From: Camelus ferus
Lineage: Eukaryota
Reading direction: 5' to 3'
NCBI RefSeq assembly: GCF_009834535.1
Contig: NC_045697.1
Location: 93,374,001-93,438,000, forward strand
Length of the DNA: 64,000 bases
Part shown: positions 1 to 11,260 of the stretch, one piece after another
Numbering within the stretch: position 1 is the stretch's first letter
How the letters are laid out: every line of letters begins with the position of its first letter
Translations under genes and position numbers: made by a program
The notes under the pieces: model-generated
Databases searched by the model: none
Told to the model about the DNA's origin: nothing
What the model saw: only the letters and a program-made list of their open reading frames with translations

Positions 1-279
1 AAAATACATTTCTTTTCTAGAGCAACCAATGAGAGATAGAAATAGAAATATATTTTCAAAGTAGAAAAAATAATGATAAAAATAAAAAAGAATGAGAAGA
101 GAGAACTAATTTCATCAAGCTGGATAAATGATTATTGTAAGTTAAGAACAGGTATTTAACACACACACATAATTTAATTTATACAAATAGGTAAAAATCT
201 TTCATGAGTCGTCCAAAGACAAAGACTTGAAGGTAGAGGAACAAAACGTCACTATATTTTATCTATATTTAATAGGTTT

Positions 280-660
280 GCAGTACAGAAAAACAGAAGC
301 TCAAAAATAAAACAATGGGAAAAGGTATAACATGAGACTGCTATCCAAAAGACAACTGGCATAACCATATTCATAGAAGAAAAAAGTCTTTGAGGCCGAA
401 TAATTGTCAGTGATAATGGGGACATTTTGTGAAGAATGTAATAATATAGTCTCAAAATACATAATGTAAAAGTTTTCATTATTACAATGAAATCACAGTC
501 ACAGTAGGACATTTTAACAGTTTCTCAGTCATTTATATAATTAGGAGCAAGAATCTTAGTGGAATCATGGGAAGGTCTGAACTACCTTAAATGAACTTGA
601 TCTAGTGGGCATATACAAAACCCTGCACATAAATAGTGCAGAGTGCACCTTCAATAATAA
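280..660 (+). mobile_element. Ancient L1 (L1M-type) ORF2 endonuclease-region fragment
   Basis: Decayed similarity to L1 ORF2 EN coding sequence, e.g. 'cagtaggacattttaacag' and 'aacttgatctagtgggcatatacaaaaccctgcac...gcagagtgcaccttc'; no intact frame; ends approximate. Confidence 0.65.
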
Positions 661-879
661 AAACACATGGTGATTCTGCTTCAAATAATGGTTCTGTAGT
701 GTGTAAGAATTGTATCCTCCCACAGATAACAGTCGAACTTTGGACAAAATATAATAACCAAATCTTTGAAGGCACCAAAGACAAATAACAAGCTGACAGA
801 AACTGAAGTGGAGTTAAACTGGAAAAGGGAGAAACGCAGATGAAATTTGCTCTAATATCACTTTGGACCTCCCCTTCTT

Positions 880-1243
880 TTGATACCTGCACCTCTTTTC
901 CCTTGTTCTGCTCCTGGGCTTCTAATAACAGATTTTCCCCCTGTGATAACAGTGATGAGGTCATTACCAAAGGCCAGTGGAATTCGCTTCCCAGAAATTT
1001 GCATCTTTAGCTGAGGCACACAGGCTGGAAGGGAATGAGAGCTTCGTCTTTTATGTGATCCTAGCGCCTACAAGAGAACTCACCAGTTCTGCTTCTGATG
1101 CCTAATTCTTCCTTCTCGTGACTTGGTTTTACATTCTGCCATTCAATTCAGTAAGCCTACCAGTATGTTTCTAGTAAGTCTCTTTTTTGCTTCACGTAAG
1201 TTAGATTTGGTTTCTACTGCTTGCAAATAAACAATTTTAATAA
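880..1243 (+). mobile_element. MaLR LTR, old MLT1 group
   Basis: Typical MLT1 3' end 'ttttttgcttcacgtaagttagatttggtttctactgcttgcaaataaacaattttaataaca'; 5' boundary uncertain. Confidence 0.6.
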
Positions 1244-1329
1244 CAAAAAAGTGAAGCACAAAGGGTAGATTCCATATATTGTTACAAATGGAAAATATCA
1301 ACAATAAATAATTTTATTAGTACAGATAA

Positions 1330-2300
1330 GTAAAATGTCTGTCTGATGAAATACAAAAACATGCAAAACAGAAAAGGAAAAACATCCTAAAGAAGTCAGT
1401 GCTAATTATGACTCTGAAAAAAATCTATTGACAATTCCAGACTTTCTTACAAGACAGAAATCCATTTCAGTAGCTTGCAAAAAGAAGTGGCTTGTATGAA
1501 ATACAGAAAGAAAAAAAAAGACATATGAAGAATGAGCATAGATGGAAAGAAAACTTCAAAGTTGAAAATCTGAGATTAAAAACACCTGTGTGAGATAGTA
1601 CAGCATTTTAAGGAGTCAGAACAAATTAAGCTGATGTTTATTTGGGGCAGTGAATGTCAGAACTGTTATTGCAGACTATTGAAATAGTAACATATTACTG
1701 ATGTGTGAAGCCCTCCAACACCGTGTATGAGAAAGATCGGGCAATCAAAGTAATCAAAAATAAGATGACAGCAGTCTAAACCCTGACTATAATCCAAGAA
1801 TGTAGCTACTCTTGAGAAAGCAATGAGGAAAATTAAAAGAGGTAAGTTAATAAAATATAATATTAGAAAAATATGCATGATTGAAAAAGAATAAGCAAGT
1901 ATGTTGATTAAAGCTCACTAATTACTCTCAGAAAAGTTTTTAAAAGTTACTACACCAGCAGATATTTTGCAGTCTAAATTTCCAAAGAAAAATCCCTATA
2001 AATAAGATGCAAAAATTGGAAATTTAACTACAAAAAATTTTAGAGTGACACAGACTCATCTGCAGAACAGCAAATATACGAAGACATTGTAGCAGTCATT
2101 TATAGATATTTGAAATCTGTTACTTCTACGAAACTACTTAGAATTTCATTCTCAGCTTCACCATTAGTGTGTATGTGAAAACAACATAATGTTGTTCTCA
2201 GATAATCAGAAGTTTGGAATATTTACCCATCAAGCTTATCTTGAAGATGAGCTTAAAGATAACATGGAGATTCTAGAGATAACACGATACAAAAAAACTT
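1330..2300 (+). mobile_element. Ancient L1/HAL1-like ORF1 remnant
   Basis: A-rich plus strand; 1960-2270 resembles the L1 ORF1 C-terminal region ('agagtgacacagactcatctgcag', 'tagaatttcattctcagc', 'ttctcagataatcagaag...tttacccatc'). Confidence 0.45.
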
Positions 2301-2958
2301 ATGAAATAACTTTTCCCTAAATTATAGACAGCACATTTTGACTTCCAAAAATAATGCAAAAGCAAAGTAATAGATACAAGTATGGTTGCAAACTATTCTC
2401 AATATGAGAATTCCTTGGCAGTAAAGTTTTAAATATTAAGTGATAAATTAAGAATAAAAATATCCATAAATAAGTAGCATGTGAGATAGGGAAATAAAGA
2501 TATGTAAGTTTCCTTATTTTATGTAAGAGCTTAATTTTGTTCTTGTCTTTGATAATCAGGAAGTTACATACTGATAAATATATATTTTTTAACTTAAGGA
2601 GTCTAACAGATAAATGATATTTCTTACAATGTATTGCATACTGCCTCAACTGGAGATTCACAATGTATATTAATATAAGAAATACTAGAATAATTCTTAC
2701 AACAAGGAAAACAATTTAAATGTAGTTAATCCAGTGTGTTAGCAATATATTTGACTTTTATTTTAGTTAGTGTAATTTGTTGAAAACAATAGAAGGTATC
2801 TGTAATTTTAAGCCAGCAAAAATAAATGTATTGAAAAGGTATAAGACAGCTATTAAAATTCACCAAAAAAAGCAGGAGGAAAAGGCTAGACAGGAATCAA
2901 AGAACAACTCAAAGCCAATATTGGGCAAAGGAGGGAGGTCCGTTTGTGATGTGGCCTT

Positions 2959-3014
2959 TGGGGTCTGATCTCTACAGCTGTTAGCCAATCATGTGGACCC
3001 TGGGCAGCCAGGAT
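2959..3014. repeat. Left arm of 56-bp inverted repeat (partner 5155-5210)
   Basis: Reverse complement matches 5155-5210 at 53/56 positions. Confidence 0.95.
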
Positions 3015-3318
3015 TTAGGGGCTAGCCAGCCATACTTAAGTCTGGTCTATGATTTGGTCTCCAGGGTGGTAGGAAGAGGAACTCTACTCACACACAGCTT
3101 CAGTGTGGGAAGGTTGTATAACAGGATTCCTACATAAAAGAAATGTTTTGCATAATGTACTCAATGTCCATCCATGTTTTGGCAAATGGCAGATGCTTTC
3201 ACAGGCCAAATACTTAAAGTACTTATATGTCATAATGGAAACCAAAAGGAAAGGTTCCCATTAAATGTTTCCATTAAAATACTTACGGAAAGAATAACAC
3301 ATGACTGTGCTGACTTCT

Positions 3319-3862
3319 TGTTACTGGGCTTAGGTCTAGCTGCTCACCTCTCAAAAACCAATACTCAAGAGGCAAGTGTTGGTAGAAAAGCAAGTTATTT
3401 TAATCAGAAAAACTGGCAATCTGGGGAGAAGGTCTACACATGTCCCAAAACCAACTCCAAAGAGTCTGCTCAGCCATGACAGTTTTTAAAGGGAAAAGGG
3501 GGAAAGAATTTCAGTGCATCATCAATTCAGGAGATCAAGCTCTGTGTCATTTTCCATTGTGTGGAAGCTAGCTGACTACTCATGATCGGTCTTCAACTGT
3601 TATCTTGTCCCTTCGTGGTCTGCCTGCAGCATTGCTAAAGAAGGCTGCTGCAGGTAGAGAGCTAGTTATTCTTTACTTAATTCTTCATTCCTACTTCTTT
3701 TAGTCTAGGGAACGAATCAACAGGGTAGGCAAGGTATTGTGCATTTAGTAGAACATAAGTCAGGAGTTAGGTTAAATGTTACCCAGTGATCTCATTTTTA
3801 TAATTAAGGTTTAAGGGAAACAGACATTGACAAACAGGGAAAGAGACAAAAAGCTGCTTACA
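3319..3862 (-). mobile_element. Solo LTR, ERV1-class
   Basis: TGTTA...TTACA termini; perfect 4-bp TSD TTCT (3315-3318 / 3863-3866), a length typical of class I ERVs; orientation inferred. Confidence 0.85.
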
Positions 3863-5154
3863 TTCTCAGGGTTCAAAATGTGAATCTGACACTGGATACG
3901 TTTTCATGGTCAAGAGCAGTCTCGGGAATCTGAGATTTCTCAATCACTTCTGTATAAAGGGTCAGAGTTAAAAATGTATAGAGAGACAGATGATATATTT
4001 GTGAATATGTGAAGAGTTTTACTTCTGATATATTCAATTACATTAAATATAATTAAAACCATAAAATAAATTAAAAACAAATTACATTGTAAAATTAAAA
4101 AGGGAAAAGAAAAGAGAGGTTGTAACTAACTCCTTGGGACCATTATGCAATGAGAAACTGATAACTCCAAGACTAGGAATAAAACCGTAGGGAAGATTAG
4201 AAGTAATATGAATGACTACTTCTGTTAGTTCTTAACATAGAAATTTCCTTTCCAAACTCAGCTGTGGGGGCTTTTGAGCTTATTTTATTTTTTGAGATTT
4301 CGTCTTTCTTGAGGCATTTAAATTAGTAGTATGCTAATATTGATATATGACATCCAGTCTATTAAAATCCATACGTAAATAGGCTTGGAAAACATTTTTA
4401 AAGAGATTAAAAAATAACTCTGCAGGAAAACAAAAACTTTACTCTGAGTTTCACAACTACCCACTGAATGAAAATAAACTTTCCTATGTACCCTCACATG
4501 GCTTTGTATATGATTCTGATGAAAATAACAATAACTAATAACCAGTTAATCATGTATTAATTAATGCATCTTCTTAGAAATAATTGAATTTGAAACTAAC
4601 TTAGAGTTGTTAAGAAGCAAAAAGCAAATACGTACTTCAGTAATGGTTTAGAACTAATTACTAGATAATAAACCATAGAAAATTTTATATTACAATTGCT
4701 GTTGCTTTAATTTGTAGGACAATCTTTTTAATATTTTACTACATTTTAAATATATTACCAAAATTTTCATTAATTCTCTACAGAGCTAGTGGATACATTA
4801 AAAATCAAGCAAAATATTGACTGTTGAAGGTTTATAAGGAAAACAATTTGCATTGTATACTACCTCTTATAGAGCTATTTCTTGACATCACCAAGTTCTA
4901 AATGAACAAGTGTATAGTTGAAAAATATTAGGCTTTCCTAGTGAGGGCAATATAAGAAATTACTATGTTTGAAGAGATGACTGGAATACTCCTGTCCATT
5001 CGATTATGACCAATAGAATTGCCCTGAATTATAAATCAGATCTTCTAGACCAGCACTTCACTACCATTTCCGACTGTACTGCTTTAAAATAAGTGAATAG
5101 TAGTTGAAGACCACATAAGCACACTGCTTATGGTTGGAAACAGGTGACCTGAAG

Positions 5155-5210
5155 ATCCTGGCTGCCCAGGGTCCACATGATTGGCTAACGGCTATAGGGA
5201 TCAGACCCCA
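5155..5210. repeat. Right arm of 56-bp inverted repeat (partner 2959-3014)
   Basis: atcctggctgcccagggtccacatgattggctaacggctatagggatcagacccca = reverse complement of 2959-3014 with 3 transitions. Confidence 0.95.
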
Positions 5211-5331
5211 CCTCTCCTGTAACACACCTTCCTCATCAGTGTGCTACTGCAGACAACTGAGAAGTTTTGTTCTAAGTCACAGATATACCAATATAATTAA
5301 TAAGTAATATGTAAAAGCAGAAACATCAAAA

Positions 5332-5975
5332 TGTTAGAGCAGGCAGAAAGCTAGATATGAGCAGAGAAAAGGCGACATAGTCAAAAATGGCAGGAAGTAG
5401 GCAAAAAAGGAGAGGCATGGGCCAAAAACAGGAAACCATACATCACGTAAGCACCAGGGGTCCCTGAGAAGAGAAAGAAAAATGGGAACCTCTGAGCTGA
5501 TAAGCGCTCACACATTTTGGGATGACAAGTGGCCTGGAGGCCGACAGAGAAAGGTAGGAAAAGGCAGGAATCTCCAGTGTTCGAATGTAACCTTTTGCTC
5601 ATTATGCTTTTATTTCAGTAAAATAGCCTTGCAGTACTCATCTTGCACCAACACTTCCGATGACATGACATTTCCGATCCAAACTAAGTAAGAATAAAAA
5701 TCCTTCCTCCCCTCAGGAAGGTGGAGCTGGGATGAAAATCAGGGAATATGAGGCCAAACCCTTCCCTCCCCAATGAATATTCCACCCATTCATTTTTACA
5801 TCTATGTAACCAACTTGCCAAAGAAACTCCGGGCAGCTGCTCACCTGACCCTGCCCACTCTCCGTTGAAGGCGTACTATCTATCCCTTAATAAATGCCCA
5901 CTTTACTTTCTTAACCTCCGTGTCTTGTGTCTGAATTCTTTCTGTGACAAGACAAAAACCTGATCACTGGCGACA
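5332..5975 (+). mobile_element. Solo LTR, ERV1-class
   Basis: TGTTAG...CGACA termini; 4-bp TSD AAAA (5328-5331 / 5976-5979); AATAAA at 5889-5894 followed by U5-like 'gtcttgtgtctgaattctttctgtgacaagacaaaaacc'. Confidence 0.85.
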
Positions 5976-6299
5976 AAAATGCATTCAAGACAAACAACAG
6001 AAAGTCTGCTCTTAACTTGTTTTAACAGTGAAGAAATTCTCAGACACATCCTGAAGAGGGAAGTGTTTCATATTACGGCTTTTTTTTTTCCTGATAACAA
6101 CTGGTGCAGTATTTTTTGTTACTCTTATATTGAAAGGAGATGGAATTTATGTTTCAGTAATGAAATGGAAGCCCATCTTTTGTGCCTGATTAGGCCATAT
6201 TAAATCACCTGCTCACCCGTGAATCATTATCAGCTTAGAAGCAGTGCTATAAACTGATGTTAAGTCTGGGTTTCCTACAGAATCTTTGAGCTAAAAAAA

Positions 6300-6487
6300 A
6301 AGGAAAGATCTTGACCACAAAGGGGCCATCTCTGCCCTTTGGAGCAGGGTGAGATTTCCCTGATTCATGTATGCTGCATGGGGGAAGGGTAGATTCTTGC
6401 ATACTATCAGAATGCCATTTAGAAGAAGAAGAAATCCCTCTTGAGTGGATTGATGGGTAGGCAATTAACGGTGTTCATCCACTGCAA
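6300..6487 (-). mobile_element. Old MLT1 (MaLR) LTR fragment
   Basis: 'gtggattgatgggtaggcaattaacggtgttcatccactgca' resembles the reverse complement of an MLT1 5' end. Confidence 0.45.
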
Positions 6488-7669
6488 GATGAAAGGCAAT
6501 GTCTTATTGTTTCTATTGTGGTGGCTCTGAAATAGAGCACATTAAGTTTTCCTTATTTTGATTAAATCTTTGCTAAAAACAGATTTAAAAAGAAATCCTC
6601 CTACAGTTTATCCATATCCATGCTGCTCTACACTAAATATCTTTTTGATTAGTTATTTTTAAACTATATTTGATTTCCTTCTAAAATTGTCATTTTGCAA
6701 CTTCAAACACATGCAGATATCGTGTTTTTCCCCTAAAGGGAATTTTCCTTTTTTTAAAAAACATAAAACTATTTTTCCAAAAAAAAAATTACTTCCATAA
6801 ACTTGTGACTTGTTGAATGATGTCTTTATTAGCGTAATAGTTTCTAGAGCAAGTTAAAACCTAAATATGCACTATTTACAAGAAATGGGTAATATTGGTT
6901 CAACTTAACCTTGAAAAAGTAGAAAAAATTTTAAGTTTCAGTCCAACAGCAGCCAAAGGAGCTCAGAAACAGTAATCTTAGTGCTAGCCTGGCAGACACA
7001 GTCTACACAGAACTTAATCAAAATAAGATTAAAAGTCCATAGCAATTTCCTTGAGTGGCCAGTCAGATATCCCCCATTACAGTCACCAACCAGTCTGCCC
7101 CTGGGGCCTATTTCAGAAATAAATTGGTTCGGAGATGAGCTGATGCAGAAGAAGGAAAAAAAAATGTTTTCTTGAGACTCTACCCTAAATTGCATCAAGT
7201 AATACAGGAAACTTCAAAGTCTTTTTATTCTGAAATACTTTTTCCTGCTTTATATCTTCTTTTATGTATTACTGGTGTATTAAATATTTGTTTAGGTGAC
7301 TTATTATTCAACTTTGTATAGGTGGTATTAAATATTTAGTAAGATAGCAACAGTAATTATACTTGGGCAGTGATTCAGAGGAGAACTCTATTCAGTTATT
7401 AGAAGAATTGCGTAATTACTTTATTAACATGGCTTGGCAGTCACAAACATTGTATAATACCAGAGAAACCTGAAAGAGGTGCCATTAACCAGGAGCCTTA
7501 AAAAGAAACCATCATTCTGTGGGATACCCCTAGGCATGTTCCTTAAAGGGAGAGAGAGTATTTCTAAATGTATTATATCACTGAAACTTCATTACCCAAG
7601 TGGAATGTCCCATTCTTGCTATTAAAAGTAATTGATCCAGATTTTTTCATAGAGTAACTCAATTAAAAA

Positions 7670-7900
7670 GAGCCTACTGACACCATACTGTATAAAATGT
7701 TTTATGGATAATTTTTGCATTACTTTTGCATGTATTGTCACATTTGATTATCTCAAAAACTCAAATACCTCATAAAATATGGACTCTTATTACAATTTTA
7801 TTGAGAAGAAAACTGGATAATAAAGTTAAATGATTTTTCTCAAGGAGATGTAAGTATATGATAGCAAGCGCCCTAAACCCACATTTTAACAATCTAAGTT
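7670..7900 (-). mobile_element. MIR SINE remnant
   Basis: Core-like 'ttattacaattttattgagaagaaaactgga...aaagttaaatgatttttctcaagg'. Confidence 0.55.
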
Positions 7901-7959
7901 TAGATGGCTTGGCATCATGTCAGAATTGCCTCACTTTAACCATGGTCCATGTGTTTAGA

Positions 7960-8100
7960 CAATGTTCTCAAACTCCATTGTACATGTGAATCATCATGGG
8001 ATTATTAATAAAAGGTGGACACTTCGGCTGTGACCCCAGAGAATCTGACTCTAAATTTGGGTTCAGATCTAGGTTGAATAACGCAAGTGATGCAGATTTC
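7960..8100. mobile_element. MER5-type hAT-Charlie DNA transposon fragment
   Basis: 'caatgttctcaaact...tgtacatgtgaatcatc...gaccccagagaatctgactc'. Confidence 0.55.
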
Positions 8101-8394
8101 TCTCAATTGTATAGAGGAGAAGAATTGGCCATGAAGACTCAAAATGTCTCAAGAGTTCTCTTTTACTTCACACTCTGGGCTAATTTGCACAGAAATGCCA
8201 CTTTTAAGTTTAAGTAAGCACATGGAATTTGCCTGTTTTAATTTTTCAGGTAATAACAGCCTTGGTCTTAAAACTATGTCTTGTATAAATTCTACCCTGA
8301 CACCTAATGAAGGAACAGTTACAAGATTTGTATAGGAATTCCTCTTCCTAACCTCAGTTATAACCTTTGCAGTCTGACAGAAATATCAGCACCA

Positions 8395-8488
8395 TTTTTT
8401 TTAATTGAAGTATAAGCAGTTACAATGTGTCAATTTCTGGTACACAGCGCATTGTCCCAGTCATGTATATACAGAAATATATTCATTT
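8395..8488 (-). mobile_element. Very short 5'-truncated young L1 3' tail
   Basis: T-tract followed by 'aattgaagtataagcagttacaatgtgtcaatttctggtacacagc'; TSD core TCAGCACC at 8386-8393 and 8489-8496. Confidence 0.85.
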
Positions 8489-11019
8489 TCAGCACCGCTT
8501 AAATAGATCACACCAAAAAGATCCTTACATTAAGGAGTAGTTTCTGGAAATAAGACTTTATTTGGGCAACATGTTAACCTTTGGAAAAATGTTAAAAAGG
8601 AAATAAGAAGATGCTCAAGATAAAATTTACTTGGACATATGAAAATTTTACCTGGGACAAGACATATTTCCATCCACTGCAGAAATTAATGTGTTTAGTT
8701 CATTAAGTTATATGCTTAACAGTAATAAGTAAGTAGCAGAAATTGACTACACCTTTCCAGTGATAAACAAAACTTTGATAAGAAATAAATTTCCTTTTTA
8801 TACTTATTATATAATTTTGTATACTAGACTAAACTGTATAGCAATTTCTATGCACTCAGGCTGTGTTTAACAAATCTTATACATTTTGCAATTGTCAAAT
8901 ATTTTAATCTCTTGACTAGAATAATAAATATCTGTGCAAATGATTTTAGACCTCAGTGTTTCATAAAGATCAATCTTTAAATATTTATACCTAAAATCTA
9001 GTCTTCCTTGTCTGTCACAGTTCAAATTTGAACATATCTCATTACTACTTACTCCTACATTTTAATACTTACCATGGCTAAAGACGTTTCATGATGTTGT
9101 AATCAAGAATGCTTCAGTAGTACTTTATCTACTTGTATTACTTTAATGTATTCATCCAAAAATACCTTTAAACTGCTGCTGAACTTAATTCAACTCAATG
9201 ATATTTCATGGGTGACTATTAATGTACAAAGCACCCTGATAGGTCTGTGAGGGATAATAAAAACAAGTGTAACTGACTCACTACTCAAAAAATCTGCAAA
9301 TAGAGGAAAAGAAGCTCTGTTATAAAGGAAAAAATATATTAAAAGGCTACATGGAATATAATACATTTTTACTGCCTTCAACTCTATTTGCTAAACTATG
9401 AGAGGTTATTTTTAGGTTAAGTAATTATTTTCACATGTCACTTCAGCCGAGAGAATTAGGTTTCTTTTTGTGAGCCATGAGCACTGTACAGTTGCACGTG
9501 CCTGGTGTGTCTGGTCTGCAGAGGCTGATCATCACATAATAGCTTTTATGCTTTTTGGTCTGAGGTTAGTGGGTGCTTGGAGGCAAAACTGAATGAATTT
9601 CAGGTAGCCAATCCAAAATTACAAGAAATACGGACATACAATGCCTGGGGTTATCCTCAAATGAAGTTAGATTTGAATTGCATCCGATAACCTTTAATAC
9701 AATGTGTAGACGCTCAAAGCAAATACAGTAGTTTCAGCTTGCCTCTGTGACTTAAGTTCATGGCGTTGGGTTTAAATATAGCTTTTGTAATGTTGATTCC
9801 ACTGAGGAAACTTGAGAAAATTGGCATAGAACAACAGTGTTTTGTAATAATCTGTTAGAGATTGGTTTGTGAGGCAAAGCAGGAATCACAACATAGTACT
9901 AACTGAATAATAAAATTTCATCAATTGAGATTCCACCTATAAAGTACTTAAGTTGTTCAAGTTAAAACATCATGTTAGCATTAAATTAAAGCATAAACAT
10001 ATTAGAAGAGAAGTAATAAATATATCTTCAGATAATAAACTGTTTTCAATGATACAAGTATTAAGGATACTGTATCTCATGTGTGACTATTATAAATAAA
10101 AACATATTACAGTTATGTTGCATTTTAAATCATTAATACATATTTACAAATAATTTCTTCTTATTTTAGTAGACAATTTATGTGATTCGTAATCTAATTT
10201 AGTAAAAAAAACAATTATTGGTTTTAAATAGGATTATACTTAAATCTTGCTTTGTAACTCAGTTTACATAAACTTGATTAAATTAATTTGAAATTCAGAT
10301 TTCATTCTTGTAAAGTAGTAATAATATTGACTCCCGTTAAAAATCTAATTATAGATTATAAACAGTCTGAATGACGTCCCTGGGAATTTTCATCTATAAA
10401 CAAATGACTGTTATTAGATATCATTCCTAGGCTGGTACTGATTTCAAAAAACACCAAATAAGTAAATAAATAAATACACCAGGATTTGTTTAAACAAAGT
10501 GAAAATGTAATCTTTTCATTTATGGTGATTGGTTTCTTTGTCAATTAGTCTGAATTGGCGAGGATTACCGATTTAACACAGCATAAAATGCACATTTAGA
10601 TTATAAATGAATCTTCTTGATAACTTCAAATTAGGTAACATTAGCTTCTGCCATACTTCTTCAATGCCAGAAAAACCTATCTTAACCAGCACAAAACAGA
10701 GTATGAGTTAACTGTGATCCTGGCACAGACTCTGTGAACAACCTCAGAGGATATGATACCACGTGTTGGTCAAATTACTGAGAACTGCAGTTTCATTCTC
10801 ATAAAGATATTCTTTTCTTATCGAATAATACTACGGGAACACTAAGCACCGCTCAGTTATGCACTTTTATTTCTCTGATTATTCCTCTCGAATTTCTCTC
10901 GTCCATAGTCTGAGGAAGTGGAATCCACTCCTATCATCCGTTTTCAGCTTGAATCTCCAATATCTCCATATACCGCCTGTCTGCTTATAGGCATTTCTTA
11001 TGATTTACTGGCAAAATAA

Positions 11020-11260
11020 AGCATTTAGAAGAAAACTTCCTAAAATTTCTACCCAGATACCTACCACCCTATTTGCATCTGTACTCCCCACCCTCACATA
11101 CACATTGCCTTTCTTTTCGTGATAGATTAGGTCTCCTTGCTCTAATTACTCTCCCATCTGTATAGTGGATAATATTGTCTCTTACTCAAGGACTTCTTTT
11201 ATAAATTATTCTTTGTTCTGAATTATAAATTTTACTCTCCCTTGACCTCATGTTTCCCAG
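11020..11260 (+). mobile_element. L2 LINE fragment
   Basis: Pyrimidine-rich L2-like text 'ctcccatctgtatagtggataat...ctcttactcaaggactt'. Confidence 0.4.

Noticed and set aside
2959..5210. DNA transposon with 56-bp terminal inverted repeats
   Set aside because: No TSD outside the arms, no superfamily-typical termini and no transposase remnant. Kept only as an unexplained inverted repeat.
6941..7175. Open frame following a possible acceptor 'tttcag'
   Set aside because: Weak polypyrimidine tract, no recognisable protein similarity and no partner exons.
9477..9539. 20-codon ORF in a GCCATG Kozak-like context
   Set aside because: No promoter/CpG island or known peptide similarity; expected by chance.
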